This document shows positions 1 through 8,489 of a DNA stretch of 24,000 nucleotides, one piece after another. The stretch is from Gammaproteobacteria bacterium. GTDB taxonomy: Bacteria > Pseudomonadota > Gammaproteobacteria > Steroidobacterales > Steroidobacteraceae. Made by a program: the position numbers and the translations under genes. Location of the stretch: NCBI GenBank assembly GCA_017577615.2, contig PKRE02000001.1:241699-265698 (forward strand), read 5' to 3'. Positions within the stretch are counted from its first letter, which is position 1. Every line of letters starts with the position of its first letter. The notes beneath the pieces are model-generated. The model was not told the DNA's origin and ran no database searches. It worked only from the letters and a program-made list of their open reading frames with translations.

Positions 1-1
1 A

Positions 2-490
2 GCGAGCGATGATCGTAAACCGCCAAGCGATTGGCCCAAGGTGCAGGGGCCTGTTCAGGTGCTGCTGTTTGAGGGTTGGTGCGTCGGTGCGCTCGCGCAG
101 GACGATGCAGCGCTCGCAGAGCCCATCAACGAGCTCGAACGTGAGTGCGATCCACACGGAATCTGGCGCACCTACGTCAACGAGGCGTTGCGCCTGGAGT
201 ATCCCAAGCTCTTTCAGCGCCTGGACGCGCTCGTGCTATTGCATGCGCCGGCGTTCGAGGTCGTCTACGCGTGGCGTCTCGAGCAGGAGCACAAGCTGCG
301 TGCGAGTGCCAAGAGCGGCTGCAGAATCATGAGCGACGCAGAAGTCGCGCGCTTTGTGGCGCATTACGAGCGCTTGACGCGCCACATACTGTCCGAGATG
401 CCGGGACGGGCAGATGCAGTCGTCCGATTGGGATCGAAGCGCGAGCTGCTGGCGCTCGAGTGTAAGGGAACGGAGACAGGGAGGTGCTAG
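2..490 (+). CDS. P-loop kinase of the D-glycerate 3-kinase / COG4240 predicted-kinase type, C-terminal part (5' end lies outside the window)
   Basis: The frame is open from nt 2 to TAG at 488-490. The translation VLLFEGWCVGA...LVLLHAPAFEVVYAWRLEQE resembles the conserved core and C-terminus of GLYK-like kinases as I recall them. The N-terminal Walker region is not in the window. Confidence 0.55.
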   Translation, partial: ASDDRKPPSDWPKVQGPVQVLLFEGWCVGALAQDDAALAEPINELERECDPHGIWRTYVNEALRLEYPKLFQRLDALVLLHAPAFEVVYAWRLEQEHKLRASAKSGCRIMSDAEVARFVAHYERLTRHILSEMPGRADAVVRLGSKRELLALECKGTETGRC

Positions 491-520
491 CTTGAGCCCT
501 GTTCCGGTCTTTAGCCTCGC

Positions 521-1513
521 TCACCAGCGATGGTGAACATAGGGCGCGATCCGCTCCTGATAAATGGCGCGTAGCGCTTGCATCGTCTCGTCGCTCAATG
601 GCGGTAACGTGCTGGCAGCCACGTTGGCTTGAGCTTGAGCGCGGGATTTTGCACCTGGGATGACGACGCTGACGGCATCCGCCATCAGAATCCAACGCAG
701 CGCAAACGCTGCCATCGTGGTGCCGCCCGGCACGAGCGGACGGATGGCCTCGACTGCTTCAAGCCCGACCTCGTACGGTACGCCCGCAAATGTCTCGCCC
801 ACATCGAAAGCTTCTCCATGACGATTGAAGTGACGATGATCGTCCTGCGCGAAGCGCGTATCGCGGGACATCTTGCCTGTCAATAACCCGCTTGCCAGCG
901 GCACACGTACGATCACGGCGACGTTGCGCGCTCTTGCCTCGCGAAAGAACAGCTCTGCCGGGCGTTGCCGGAAGATATTGTAGATGATCTGAACCGAGAC
1001 GACGTTCGGATACTCGATGGCCTTGAGCGCTTCCTCAACCTTTTCGACCGAGACGCCGTAATGCTGCACTTTTCCTGCGGCAACCAGCGCGTTGAGCGCC
1101 TCGAATACTTCCGGACGATAGTAGACCTCCGTCGGCGGGCAATGCAGTTGAACGAGATCCAGTCTTTCGACCCCCAAGTTCTGCAAGCTGCGATCCACGA
1201 ACGCTTCGAGATTGGGGCGCGTATAGCCGCTCGCGACATGCGGCGAGAGACGACGGCCTACCTTGGTGGCGACGATCGGCCGCGGACCATCCCAGGTTTG
1301 CAACACATCGCGGATGATGCGTTCGGAGCGACCGTCGCCGTAGACATCTGCGGTGTCGATGAACGTGACGCCGGCTTCGAGTGCTGCGCGAAGCGTATCG
1401 CGAGCTTGCGCCTCGTCGACGGGTCCCCAATCCCCACCGAGCGCCCAAGCGCCGAAACCGATTTCTGACACGCTCCAGCCGGTTCGTCCGAATGCACGAG
1501 CACGCAAGGTCAT
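521..1513 (-). CDS. aldo/keto reductase family oxidoreductase
   Basis: 330-aa ORF starting at ATG 1513. The N-terminus FGRTGWSVSEIGFGAWALGG...TFIDTADVYGDGRSE and the later LVQLHCP motif are typical AKR signatures. Confidence 0.9.
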   Translation of the reverse strand: MTLRARAFGRTGWSVSEIGFGAWALGGDWGPVDEAQARDTLRAALEAGVTFIDTADVYGDGRSERIIRDVLQTWDGPRPIVATKVGRRLSPHVASGYTRPNLEAFVDRSLQNLGVERLDLVQLHCPPTEVYYRPEVFEALNALVAAGKVQHYGVSVEKVEEALKAIEYPNVVSVQIIYNIFRQRPAELFFREARARNVAVIVRVPLASGLLTGKMSRDTRFAQDDHRHFNRHGEAFDVGETFAGVPYEVGLEAVEAIRPLVPGGTTMAAFALRWILMADAVSVVIPGAKSRAQAQANVAASTLPPLSDETMQALRAIYQERIAPYVHHRW

Positions 1514-1809
1514 GAGGTTTCTCGTCGATGCGATGACGGTCGGGTTGATGTATCAGCGTAACGCGATCGCGTACACAGCAGCTAGCCGTCGAACGGTGCG
1601 ATAGCCCGGTCGAGCGCTTCACGTGTCGCGCGCGTCCGCCGCGCGTGCGCAAGACGGTCGACCGCTCGCCAGTGCTGGCGACCTAGTATGTCATGCAATC
1701 CTTGATTCTCGAACAGCGCTAGCAAGGCTTCGACATCGTGCCACTGCGGCTCGGACGCGAGCGCGGCTGCGATGTGGACGCGCGTGCGCGTGTAATCGTC
1801 GCAGCGATG

Positions 1810-3135
1810 CTACTCGAAGCGCGCTCGTGTCGCTGCGAGCGCTCGGCGGGACTGATGCCACTGCAGCAGCAGGCGCAGCAGCAAGATAGCGAGGATCGCG
1901 CCGAGCGTAGCCAGTGCTGCGGTGCGCGCGCGCCCAAACGGGTCGATGATCTCGACCGTGAGCGGAACGTCGCGCTGCAACCCGCCATCTCCTGTCACGC
2001 GCAGCCTCACGGTGTGACGGCCCGGTGGCATCGCGTTCGTCAGGTGGACGCGTAACGGAATCTCGAGCGGCACCGCACCGGGCACGTGCGCGTGGGCGAT
2101 CGCCGCTTCGTATGGACCGGCAAAGGTTCGCCCGACGAGTAGCACGCTTGGGTCAGTGCTTTCGATACGAACGTTTTGTACTGCGATGCGCGGCTCGCCG
2201 ATGCTGAGCACCAGCGAGCACGTCGCAGATCGGGACTCGGCGAACAGAAAGTCGAGCGGGCCTCTTTCGAGCGCGATGCAATCACTGCGCAGCACTTCGA
2301 GCACGGGCGTAAGGGCTTGCACACCGTTCACGCGCAAGCTGTGGACGAAAGTCGGTGTCCGCTGAGCTTCGTCGGCGAAAAACGCGAGCACATGCGGCCT
2401 GCGTGGTAGAGAGTAGAGACTGAGTGTTGCGGGTCTCTCCTCGGAAGCATCGAACGCGATCTCGGTTCCGTGATGCAACGGTGGCGGCACCAGCGGCCGC
2501 GTGCCTGCCGCCAAATCGAATACGTCGTCGGACGTGAAGCCCCCGTTCCTGCGGATCGTGCCGCTCACGGCGCGAAAATGGAGCGCATCGGCACCGAAGC
2601 GAATGGGTGTGCCACCCCTGCGCTGGATCTTGGCGACCCTGCGCACGCTGACTGGGCGGCGTTGTCTCGTGCCGTCGAAGATTGCCAGATCGACCGGCGG
2701 GTCGAAGCGTATCTCTGCGACGCTCAACGATGCCACGTAAGTGACTTTGCGCGCACTGCGCGATTCATCGGGCACCGGTGTCCAAGTCGTGACTGTTGTT
2801 GCCGGAAATCGCAGCTCGGTGAAATATCGCTCGGCTCCGCACGTGCGCGACTCGACGAGCTGTCCAGGAGCGACGGTCGCGAGCGTTCGGTTGTCGATGC
2901 CCACCAACGTCAATGCGCTGTCCGGCGCGTCCGCCGGCAGCGAGATGTCGAAATTGTTGCAGCCGCGTGCGGCGATCGACAGGGTTTGTTTGGTGCTGCG
3001 AACCTCTACCGAGAACTCGTCGTCGCCGAAACGGATGGACCCGCGAATGGGAACAGCCAAACTCGAATCTGCTGCGAACGAGACGGTCGCACACGCGATC
3101 AATAAGATGGAACGCCAGCGTGCCGTCGGGCGCAT
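1810..3135 (-). CDS. hypothetical secreted protein with N-terminal signal peptide and single C-terminal transmembrane anchor (no recognisable domain)
   Basis: 441-aa ORF. The N-terminus MRPTARWRSILLIACATVSFAADS looks like a signal peptide. The body is beta-rich. The C-terminus AALATLGAILAILLLRLLLQW followed by HQSRR is a TM helix with a positive-inside tail. AGGA lies about 11 nt upstream of the ATG. Confidence 0.7.
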   Translation of the reverse strand: MRPTARWRSILLIACATVSFAADSSLAVPIRGSIRFGDDEFSVEVRSTKQTLSIAARGCNNFDISLPADAPDSALTLVGIDNRTLATVAPGQLVESRTCGAERYFTELRFPATTVTTWTPVPDESRSARKVTYVASLSVAEIRFDPPVDLAIFDGTRQRRPVSVRRVAKIQRRGGTPIRFGADALHFRAVSGTIRRNGGFTSDDVFDLAAGTRPLVPPPLHHGTEIAFDASEERPATLSLYSLPRRPHVLAFFADEAQRTPTFVHSLRVNGVQALTPVLEVLRSDCIALERGPLDFLFAESRSATCSLVLSIGEPRIAVQNVRIESTDPSVLLVGRTFAGPYEAAIAHAHVPGAVPLEIPLRVHLTNAMPPGRHTVRLRVTGDGGLQRDVPLTVEIIDPFGRARTAALATLGAILAILLLRLLLQWHQSRRALAATRARFE

Positions 3136-3157
3136 CGGTCGACGTTCCTATGCCATC

Positions 3158-3187
3158 CGCAGCCTACAGTCTACGGCCTACGACTAG
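3158..3187. repeat. short tandem heptad repeat (TACAGTC TACGGCC TACGACT on + strand), related to the array at 18800-18874
   Basis: 3160-3174 is identical to 18849-18863 (15 nt), and 20 of 22 aligned positions match. It lies in the 48-nt spacer between the GH43 stop (3184-3186, inside the last heptad) and the start of the 441-aa gene. Confidence 0.6.
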
Positions 3188-4755
3188 TCGAGCTCGCGAT
3201 ACTCGAACCAATCGAAGTCGGCGTGGTGACGTCTACCGGTCAGGTCCTGGCACGCCATGCCCACGAAGTTGCCCGTGAAGCCGCAGGGCACGGCATGCTC
3301 GTCGGAGAGAATGGACGCATCCTGTTCCCATGCGACGGAATGCCAACGCGACCCGTCGATCGAGTAGAAGAAGCGAATGCGCTCGTGGTCGATCGTTAAC
3401 TTGAGATAGACCCGTTCGTGCGCATCGAGCGGGTACTCCTTCTCCACAGGATAGGTGATGTGCCCTCGTTCACATCGCATGAGACCGAGACACCTCGACG
3501 AATGCGGTCGATGCGACAGAAAGAGGTAATAGAAATTGTCCGTGCTGTAGAACGCCACCAGCCCGGCCATCTGCTGGAACGACTCGGGCGAGAACTCGAT
3601 GCACGTCGTGGCTTCGATACGAAAGCTCTTCTGGCGTCGTGCAATCAAGCTCTGTTCAAACAACGACACGATGCTCTCGCGACCATACAAGCGTAGGTAA
3701 CCTTTGCGCGCAGAAAGGCTTGCGGCATCCTCGATCGCGGTGCGTAATGATTGCCATTCGATCGACAGCTGCTCGCCGTCGAAATCATCACGCGCAGGTT
3801 GCTCGGGCCAAGGATGAAGCGGCAGCTCGGGGGCTTCGAACTCGTCGCGGGGAATATCGTCTCCGCTCGCAAGACGCGGCCAGCCGTCCCGCCAAACGAT
3901 ATTTTGCATGGCAGTTTCGCGGCCGAGGATCGAGCGGCCATTTGCGAGCGGTCTGCGACACAGGTGAGCGAGGCTCCAGCTGCCATCGCGATGCTGCACG
4001 AATGAGCCGTGACCCGCGGATTGCAGCCGCAACTCGGGGTTACGCGCGCTCGTGATGAGAGGGTTGCCCGGCATGATCTCGTATGGGCCTGTGATCGAGC
4101 GCGAGCGCGCGACCGTCGCTGCGTGTGTCGTGAACGTGCCCCCCTCGGCCGTGAGCAAGTAATACCAGCCATCGATCTTGTATAGGTGCGGGCCTTCCAC
4201 CAGGCCCAGCTCAGAGCCGGTGAAAATGTTCGTGACCGGGCCGACGAGGCGTTGCTGCACTGGGTCGTATTCCTGCAGCAGGATACCGCCGAAGCTGTTG
4301 TGCTCCGGCCGATGGTCCCAAAGCATGTTCACGAGCCACTTGCGCCCATCGTCGTCATGGAACAGCGATGGGTCGAAGCCCGAGCTGTTGAGAAAGATCG
4401 GCTCCGACCACGGACCCTCGATATTCGGCGCCGTGACGAGAAAGTTGCGAACGTCCTTGAAGCTGCCGGTCCAGCCGCGCACGTCCGTGTAGATGAGATA
4501 GAACAGTCCGTCGTGATAGCTCAACGCGGGTGCCCAGATGCCGCCGGAATTTGGACGTCCGCGCAAGTCAAGCTGCGAGTAGCGCGACAGTGGCCTGGCA
4601 ACCGTGCGCCAATGCATGAGGTCTCTTGAATGCGAGATTTGTACGCCGGGATACCATTCGAACGTCGACGTGGCGATGAAATAATCATCGCCCACGCGCA
4701 CGATCGACGGGTCGGGATTGAAGCCGGTCAGGACGGGGTTCTTGATCGTTCTCAT
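3184..4755 (-). CDS. glycoside hydrolase family 43 beta-xylosidase / alpha-L-arabinofuranosidase (XynB/YagH-like)
   Basis: 523-aa ORF. The N-terminus MRTIKNPVLTGFNPDPSIVRVGDDYFIATSTFEWYPGV and the motifs GGIWAPALSY, FDPSLFHDDDGRKW and GRETAMQNIVWRDGWP align closely by eye with E. coli YagH-type GH43 enzymes, including the C-terminal beta-sandwich domain. Confidence 0.95.
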   Translation of the reverse strand: MRTIKNPVLTGFNPDPSIVRVGDDYFIATSTFEWYPGVQISHSRDLMHWRTVARPLSRYSQLDLRGRPNSGGIWAPALSYHDGLFYLIYTDVRGWTGSFKDVRNFLVTAPNIEGPWSEPIFLNSSGFDPSLFHDDDGRKWLVNMLWDHRPEHNSFGGILLQEYDPVQQRLVGPVTNIFTGSELGLVEGPHLYKIDGWYYLLTAEGGTFTTHAATVARSRSITGPYEIMPGNPLITSARNPELRLQSAGHGSFVQHRDGSWSLAHLCRRPLANGRSILGRETAMQNIVWRDGWPRLASGDDIPRDEFEAPELPLHPWPEQPARDDFDGEQLSIEWQSLRTAIEDAASLSARKGYLRLYGRESIVSLFEQSLIARRQKSFRIEATTCIEFSPESFQQMAGLVAFYSTDNFYYLFLSHRPHSSRCLGLMRCERGHITYPVEKEYPLDAHERVYLKLTIDHERIRFFYSIDGSRWHSVAWEQDASILSDEHAVPCGFTGNFVGMACQDLTGRRHHADFDWFEYRELD

Positions 4756-4876
4756 GGCTCCTCGCAGCGTCAGCTTGCCCCACGCGATCTTAGCCGAGCG
4801 AGCGACGTCCCGCTCGGGTTAATTTGCTAGGCAGGAGGCGGGATGCTTGCCGCTTCTGAGACAGAGTGGTCCGACA

Positions 4877-5272
4877 TTAGCGGTCTGCCTGCTGGCAACA
4901 GAGACTGAGCTCCGTATCGCTGCTGCTGTGACGTGCACAGCGGATGCCGGTGCGACTGGCTTGCCAGTCGCCCCAATCCGCGTCCCCTGGACCGAGCAGG
5001 TCGGCGAGCTCCTTCCCGGAGGCGGCGAGATACGCTTCCGAGATGCTGCAATAGCGCGCGATGAGCGCAGCGGCGAGGCAGTGTTTGCGCTTATCCGGTA
5101 GCTGCGTGTCCACCTTGCTCTCTACGACGGTGCGCATGCATCCATAAGAGGAGGGCGCCAAGCGTTGTCCGGACAAGCTCGCGCAGGCGGTTGTGAGACA
5201 ACAGGCAATGATCAGCAGGAGGCGGCGCCCGATGCATGCTCGCGTGTCGCTCGGCTCACGCCGTCGAAGCAT
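4877..5272 (-). CDS. hypothetical Cys-rich lipoprotein
   Basis: I prefer the internal ATG at 5272 (MLRRREPSDTRACIGRRLLLIIACCLTTACASLSG), which gives a signal peptide with a lipobox-like LTTAC. The track ORF extends to 5365, but those extra 31 aa look non-coding. No family recognised. Confidence 0.55.
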   Translation of the reverse strand: MLRRREPSDTRACIGRRLLLIIACCLTTACASLSGQRLAPSSYGCMRTVVESKVDTQLPDKRKHCLAAALIARYCSISEAYLAASGKELADLLGPGDADWGDWQASRTGIRCARHSSSDTELSLCCQQADR

Positions 5273-5631
5273 TGAGCCTAAGCGATCTCGCTCCGCAGCG
5301 GCGTGTGGAGCGCGTGAGCGTCCCTTGTCACTGGCAAGCAAGGTATCGGGCGCAACGTTGCGCACGTCATTCGTTGAATCGGAGAGATGACGGGGCAGCC
5401 GGTTGCGGTCGCAAGGAGCATGCCCTGCCGCATGGGCCCACGGTCAACTCGCTGTGTAGCACACGGCATGATCATATACAATCGACCCGCGCAAGAGCAC
5501 CACAATACGTGGTTGCTTGCGAGCGGATCTACCAGGGGGACCGTCGCTGGGAGTAGCTGGGGAACAGGGGGTACCGACCGGCGAGGGGAGAGTACGCAGG
5601 GCCGCGGTACATCGAAACATTCGAATGCGCC

Positions 5632-6447
5632 GTGCTCGAACGAGAACGACATAATTTAATTCTGAAACTGGTCGAGGAACGCTCCATCGTCGCGGTGTCC
5701 GACCTGCTCGAGCTGCTCGGCGCTTCGGAAGCGACGATTCGACGCGACATCAATACGCTAGCTGAGCGCGGTCAGCTCAGGCGCATCCGTGGCGGCGCAG
5801 AAGCGATTCGGCCCCGTAGCCAGCCGCATCCGGTCGGCATGGCTTTCGCGCTGAGCCAGGACATCAACGTGCCGCAGAAACGCGCGATCGCCCGGGCAGC
5901 GGCAGCGCTCATCGAGCCAGGCGAAAGCATCATCATCTGCGGCGGCACGACCACCTACGCCCTGGTCGAGTTCCTGCCGAACGACGAGCTCGACATTCTC
6001 ACGAGCTCGTTTCCCATAGCCGCCAAGCTGCTCGCCACCAGCCGTCACCGCGTGACGCTGCCGGGCGGCACGGTTTTTCGCGAACAGAACGTCGTCTTGA
6101 GCCCCTTCGAGAACGACATCGTGGGTAGCTTCTGGGCCAGCAAGCTGTTCACGGGCTGTCATGGCATCAACCGGTTTGGGATCATGGAAGCCGACCCGTT
6201 GATCGTGCAAGCTCAGACACAGCTCCTGAAACGGGCAGAGCATGTCATAGTCATGGCAGACAGCAGCAAGCTGCGACGCAAGTCCGCCATGATCGTCGCA
6301 GGGCTCGAGCGTATTTCCACGATCGTCACCGACGATGGCGCGCGGCCGGAGGAGCTCGAGCCGTTCCATGAGGCCGGCGTTCGTGTGATCGTCGCGCAGG
6401 TGAGCGAGCAGGACGAGATCGACGCCGCACCCGCTAAGTGCACATGA
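5632..6447 (+). CDS. DeoR/GlpR family transcriptional regulator
   Basis: 271-aa ORF with a GTG start. The N-terminal wHTH ERHNLILKLVEERSIVAVSDLLELLGASEATIRRDINTLAERGQLRRIRGGA is followed by a DeoR C-terminal sugar-phosphate sensor-like domain (IICGGTTT..., VIVMADSSK). Confidence 0.9.
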   Translation: MLERERHNLILKLVEERSIVAVSDLLELLGASEATIRRDINTLAERGQLRRIRGGAEAIRPRSQPHPVGMAFALSQDINVPQKRAIARAAAALIEPGESIIICGGTTTYALVEFLPNDELDILTSSFPIAAKLLATSRHRVTLPGGTVFREQNVVLSPFENDIVGSFWASKLFTGCHGINRFGIMEADPLIVQAQTQLLKRAEHVIVMADSSKLRRKSAMIVAGLERISTIVTDDGARPEELEPFHEAGVRVIVAQVSEQDEIDAAPAKCT

Positions 6448-6527
6448 CGGGCTCGTTGCCTTGCAGTTGATATTGCCTGCTTGCGCCGTTGGGACGCCCG
6501 CTCGATCGGGTCTCCCTGGTGAGGTGC

Positions 6528-6845
6528 CTATCGCGCGAACAATCTGCGCCAAATCTTCCGCGCCGCGATCTCGGTGCGATCCAGGAAGATGGCAAAGGGC
6601 TTGAGCCGCGCGACGAGCAGGCCGATGCCGGGAATACTGAAGACGATGCCTGGTACGCCTGGAACCAGGGAGAACACCGCGCCTAAGGCGATGAGGATGA
6701 GGCCGGCGGTAATGAAGGCCACCGTTTTCCAGCGGGATTCACGTGGGCTTTCTGTGTCGCGATGACGTCGATAATGCACGATGAAACGGCGGCCGGGCGC
6801 GCCCTTTCGCAATGCCATGAAGTCGTTCTTGATGCGCTTCAGCAC
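6528..6845 (-). CDS. small two-TM membrane protein, PGPGW-like
   Basis: 105-aa ORF with a GTG start at 6845 (an ATG lies 9 codons downstream). The hydrophobic pair VAFITAGLILIALGAVFSLVPGVPGIVFSIPGIGLLV carries Pro-Gly motifs reminiscent of the PGPGW family. The family call is from memory. Confidence 0.55.
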   Translation of the reverse strand: MLKRIKNDFMALRKGAPGRRFIVHYRRHRDTESPRESRWKTVAFITAGLILIALGAVFSLVPGVPGIVFSIPGIGLLVARLKPFAIFLDRTEIAARKIWRRLFAR

Positions 6846-6881
6846 ACGGAGCTCGCGTCGCTCGGTCGAGCGCGGGTCTGC

Positions 6882-7307
6882 CTAAAGTGGTGTGCCGTCT
6901 TCACTCGCTTGAGGATAAGCGGGCAGATCGTCGCGCAGATTAAACCAGGACAGATCGTGGCTGACCCAGCAATGGTGGGTCGGTGGAAAAGCGTTCGGAT
7001 CATCTAGCGTGCAGGTCGTCACATCGATCTCGTCATCGGATCTCGCGCTTTCATAGGTGAGAGCCGTGCCACATGCGGAACAAAAGGTGCGCACGACCGC
7101 GGATGAGGATTCGAGCCGCGCCGGGGCACCGGATACGAACGAGAAATCCTTGCGTGGAAATGTTACCCATGGAACGAGCAGCGCACCGGTCACGTGGCGA
7201 CAGGTTTGGCAATGACAGATCACACTGGAGCGAGGTGCAACGGTGCCGCGGTAGCGGATCGCTCCGCAGAAGCATCCACCCGTCACGATGACGCCCGGCT
7301 CTTTCAT
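6882..7307 (-). CDS. GFA (glutathione-dependent formaldehyde-activating / CENP-V) family protein
   Basis: I chose the start at ATG 7307, preceded by GAGGA 8 nt upstream. The translation MKEPGVIVTGGCFCGAIRY...CHCQTCRHVTG...FCSACGT has the Cys-rich zinc motif pattern of GFA proteins. The track ORF to 7529 adds 74 unlikely residues. Confidence 0.85.
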   Translation of the reverse strand: MKEPGVIVTGGCFCGAIRYRGTVAPRSSVICHCQTCRHVTGALLVPWVTFPRKDFSFVSGAPARLESSSAVVRTFCSACGTALTYESARSDDEIDVTTCTLDDPNAFPPTHHCWVSHDLSWFNLRDDLPAYPQASEDGTPL

Positions 7308-7625
7308 GTGTGCATCCTCGCGTATGGCGAACCGCACTTCCTTCATGCGGCTGTGTCGTCTGCGCTCGTCGAAAGCGAACTTCTCTACAGATAGCGACAA
7401 AGCAAAGGGACGCGCAAGCCTGATATGCCACGAGCAGCGCCAGTAGCGCGCCAGTGTGCGAAACCTTCGGTCCGCTGATGTCGTTATTGTGGTGCGCCCG
7501 CCCTCCGTGCCGTGCAGGATGTCGCTCATGCAGGGTCAAGCGGACGCGAGCACAGCGCTTGACCACGTCCGCGTCGAGGCGGATCTCGATGTCAGCGGCA
7601 CCGTCGGTGCACGCCGAGTACCTGC

Positions 7626-8489
7626 ATGCCGCAACTCGTGCACAAGCCCAAACGCAAAGCGCTGCTGATCGCAGCCGGGGCCTTGGGCCTGGTCGCGTTC
7701 GGTGCTCTGAGCGGTGCGATCATTCTCTTGTCTGGGGCTTACAGCACGGCCGCAACGACGCAGCATTTCAAGGTTACGCACCAGGTGCTTGATGCTGGCC
7801 TGAGATTGTCGGTGCGCGCGAGCGCGCGTCATGTGCGTGCACCGGATCTCGATCGACCCGGCATGCTGGCGCGCGGCGTGGCTTGTTTTCGCACCCACTG
7901 CGTTCAGTGTCACGGTGCGCCCGGCGTTGCTCCAATTCCGGCAGCACGCGGCATGCTGCCGATCGCAAGCAATCTCACGCAGACTGCGCGCGAGTGGCCC
8001 CCCGAATGGTTGTACTACGTGACGCGCAAGGGCGTGCGCATGACCGGGATGCCAGCCTGGGAGATGCGCATCGACGAGGACGACCTCTGGGCGACGGTGT
8101 CGTTCTTGACGCGTCTGCCCGTCTTGACTCGGGAGCAGTATCGACGGCTCGCGACGCGTGCAGAAGACCTCACCTGCAGGACGCCGACAGGCGTTCCGTT
8201 CGAAGGCTCTCGCGAGTACGCCAAAGTTATCTTTCGTCAGTACGCTTGCCATAGCTGTCACCGCATAGAAGGCGTCGTAGGGCCGCGAGCCCACATTGGG
8301 CCGTCGCTCCTGGAGTGGTCACGGCGCAAATTCGTCGCGGGGGTGCTGCCGAACGACGAGCGCAATCTGATTCGATTCATCCGTGATCCTGAGCGAGTCA
8401 AGCCTGGGTCGTTGATGCCGCGGCTCGAGGTCACCGAAGCGCACGCACGGGAGATGGCGCGCTATCTGCTCGATGAGGGAGCGCGATGA
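7626..8489 (+). CDS. membrane-anchored dihaem c-type cytochrome
   Basis: 287 aa with an N-terminal TM helix (KALLIAAGALGLVAFGALSGAIILL). There are two CXXCH motifs: CVQCH at 7899-7913 and CHSCH at 8247-8261. An in-frame TGA at 7560 excludes an upstream start. Confidence 0.85.
   Translation: MPQLVHKPKRKALLIAAGALGLVAFGALSGAIILLSGAYSTAATTQHFKVTHQVLDAGLRLSVRASARHVRAPDLDRPGMLARGVACFRTHCVQCHGAPGVAPIPAARGMLPIASNLTQTAREWPPEWLYYVTRKGVRMTGMPAWEMRIDEDDLWATVSFLTRLPVLTREQYRRLATRAEDLTCRTPTGVPFEGSREYAKVIFRQYACHSCHRIEGVVGPRAHIGPSLLEWSRRKFVAGVLPNDERNLIRFIRDPERVKPGSLMPRLEVTEAHAREMARYLLDEGAR

Noticed and set aside
5618-5627. Perfect 10-bp palindrome CATTCGAATG 5 nt upstream of the DeoR GTG start (possible operator)
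   Set aside because: About 20 perfect 10-bp palindromes are expected by chance in 24 kb (4^-5 per position). There is no second copy or flanking half-site, so it cannot be supported as an operator.
5758-6552. 264-aa minus-strand ORF
   Set aside because: It is antisense to the DeoR regulator, whose wHTH and sensor domain are unambiguous. No recognisable motif.
7536-8294. 252-aa minus-strand ORF
   Set aside because: It is antisense to the dihaem cytochrome c gene, which has clear CXXCH motifs and operon context. The sequence is low-complexity and Arg-rich.
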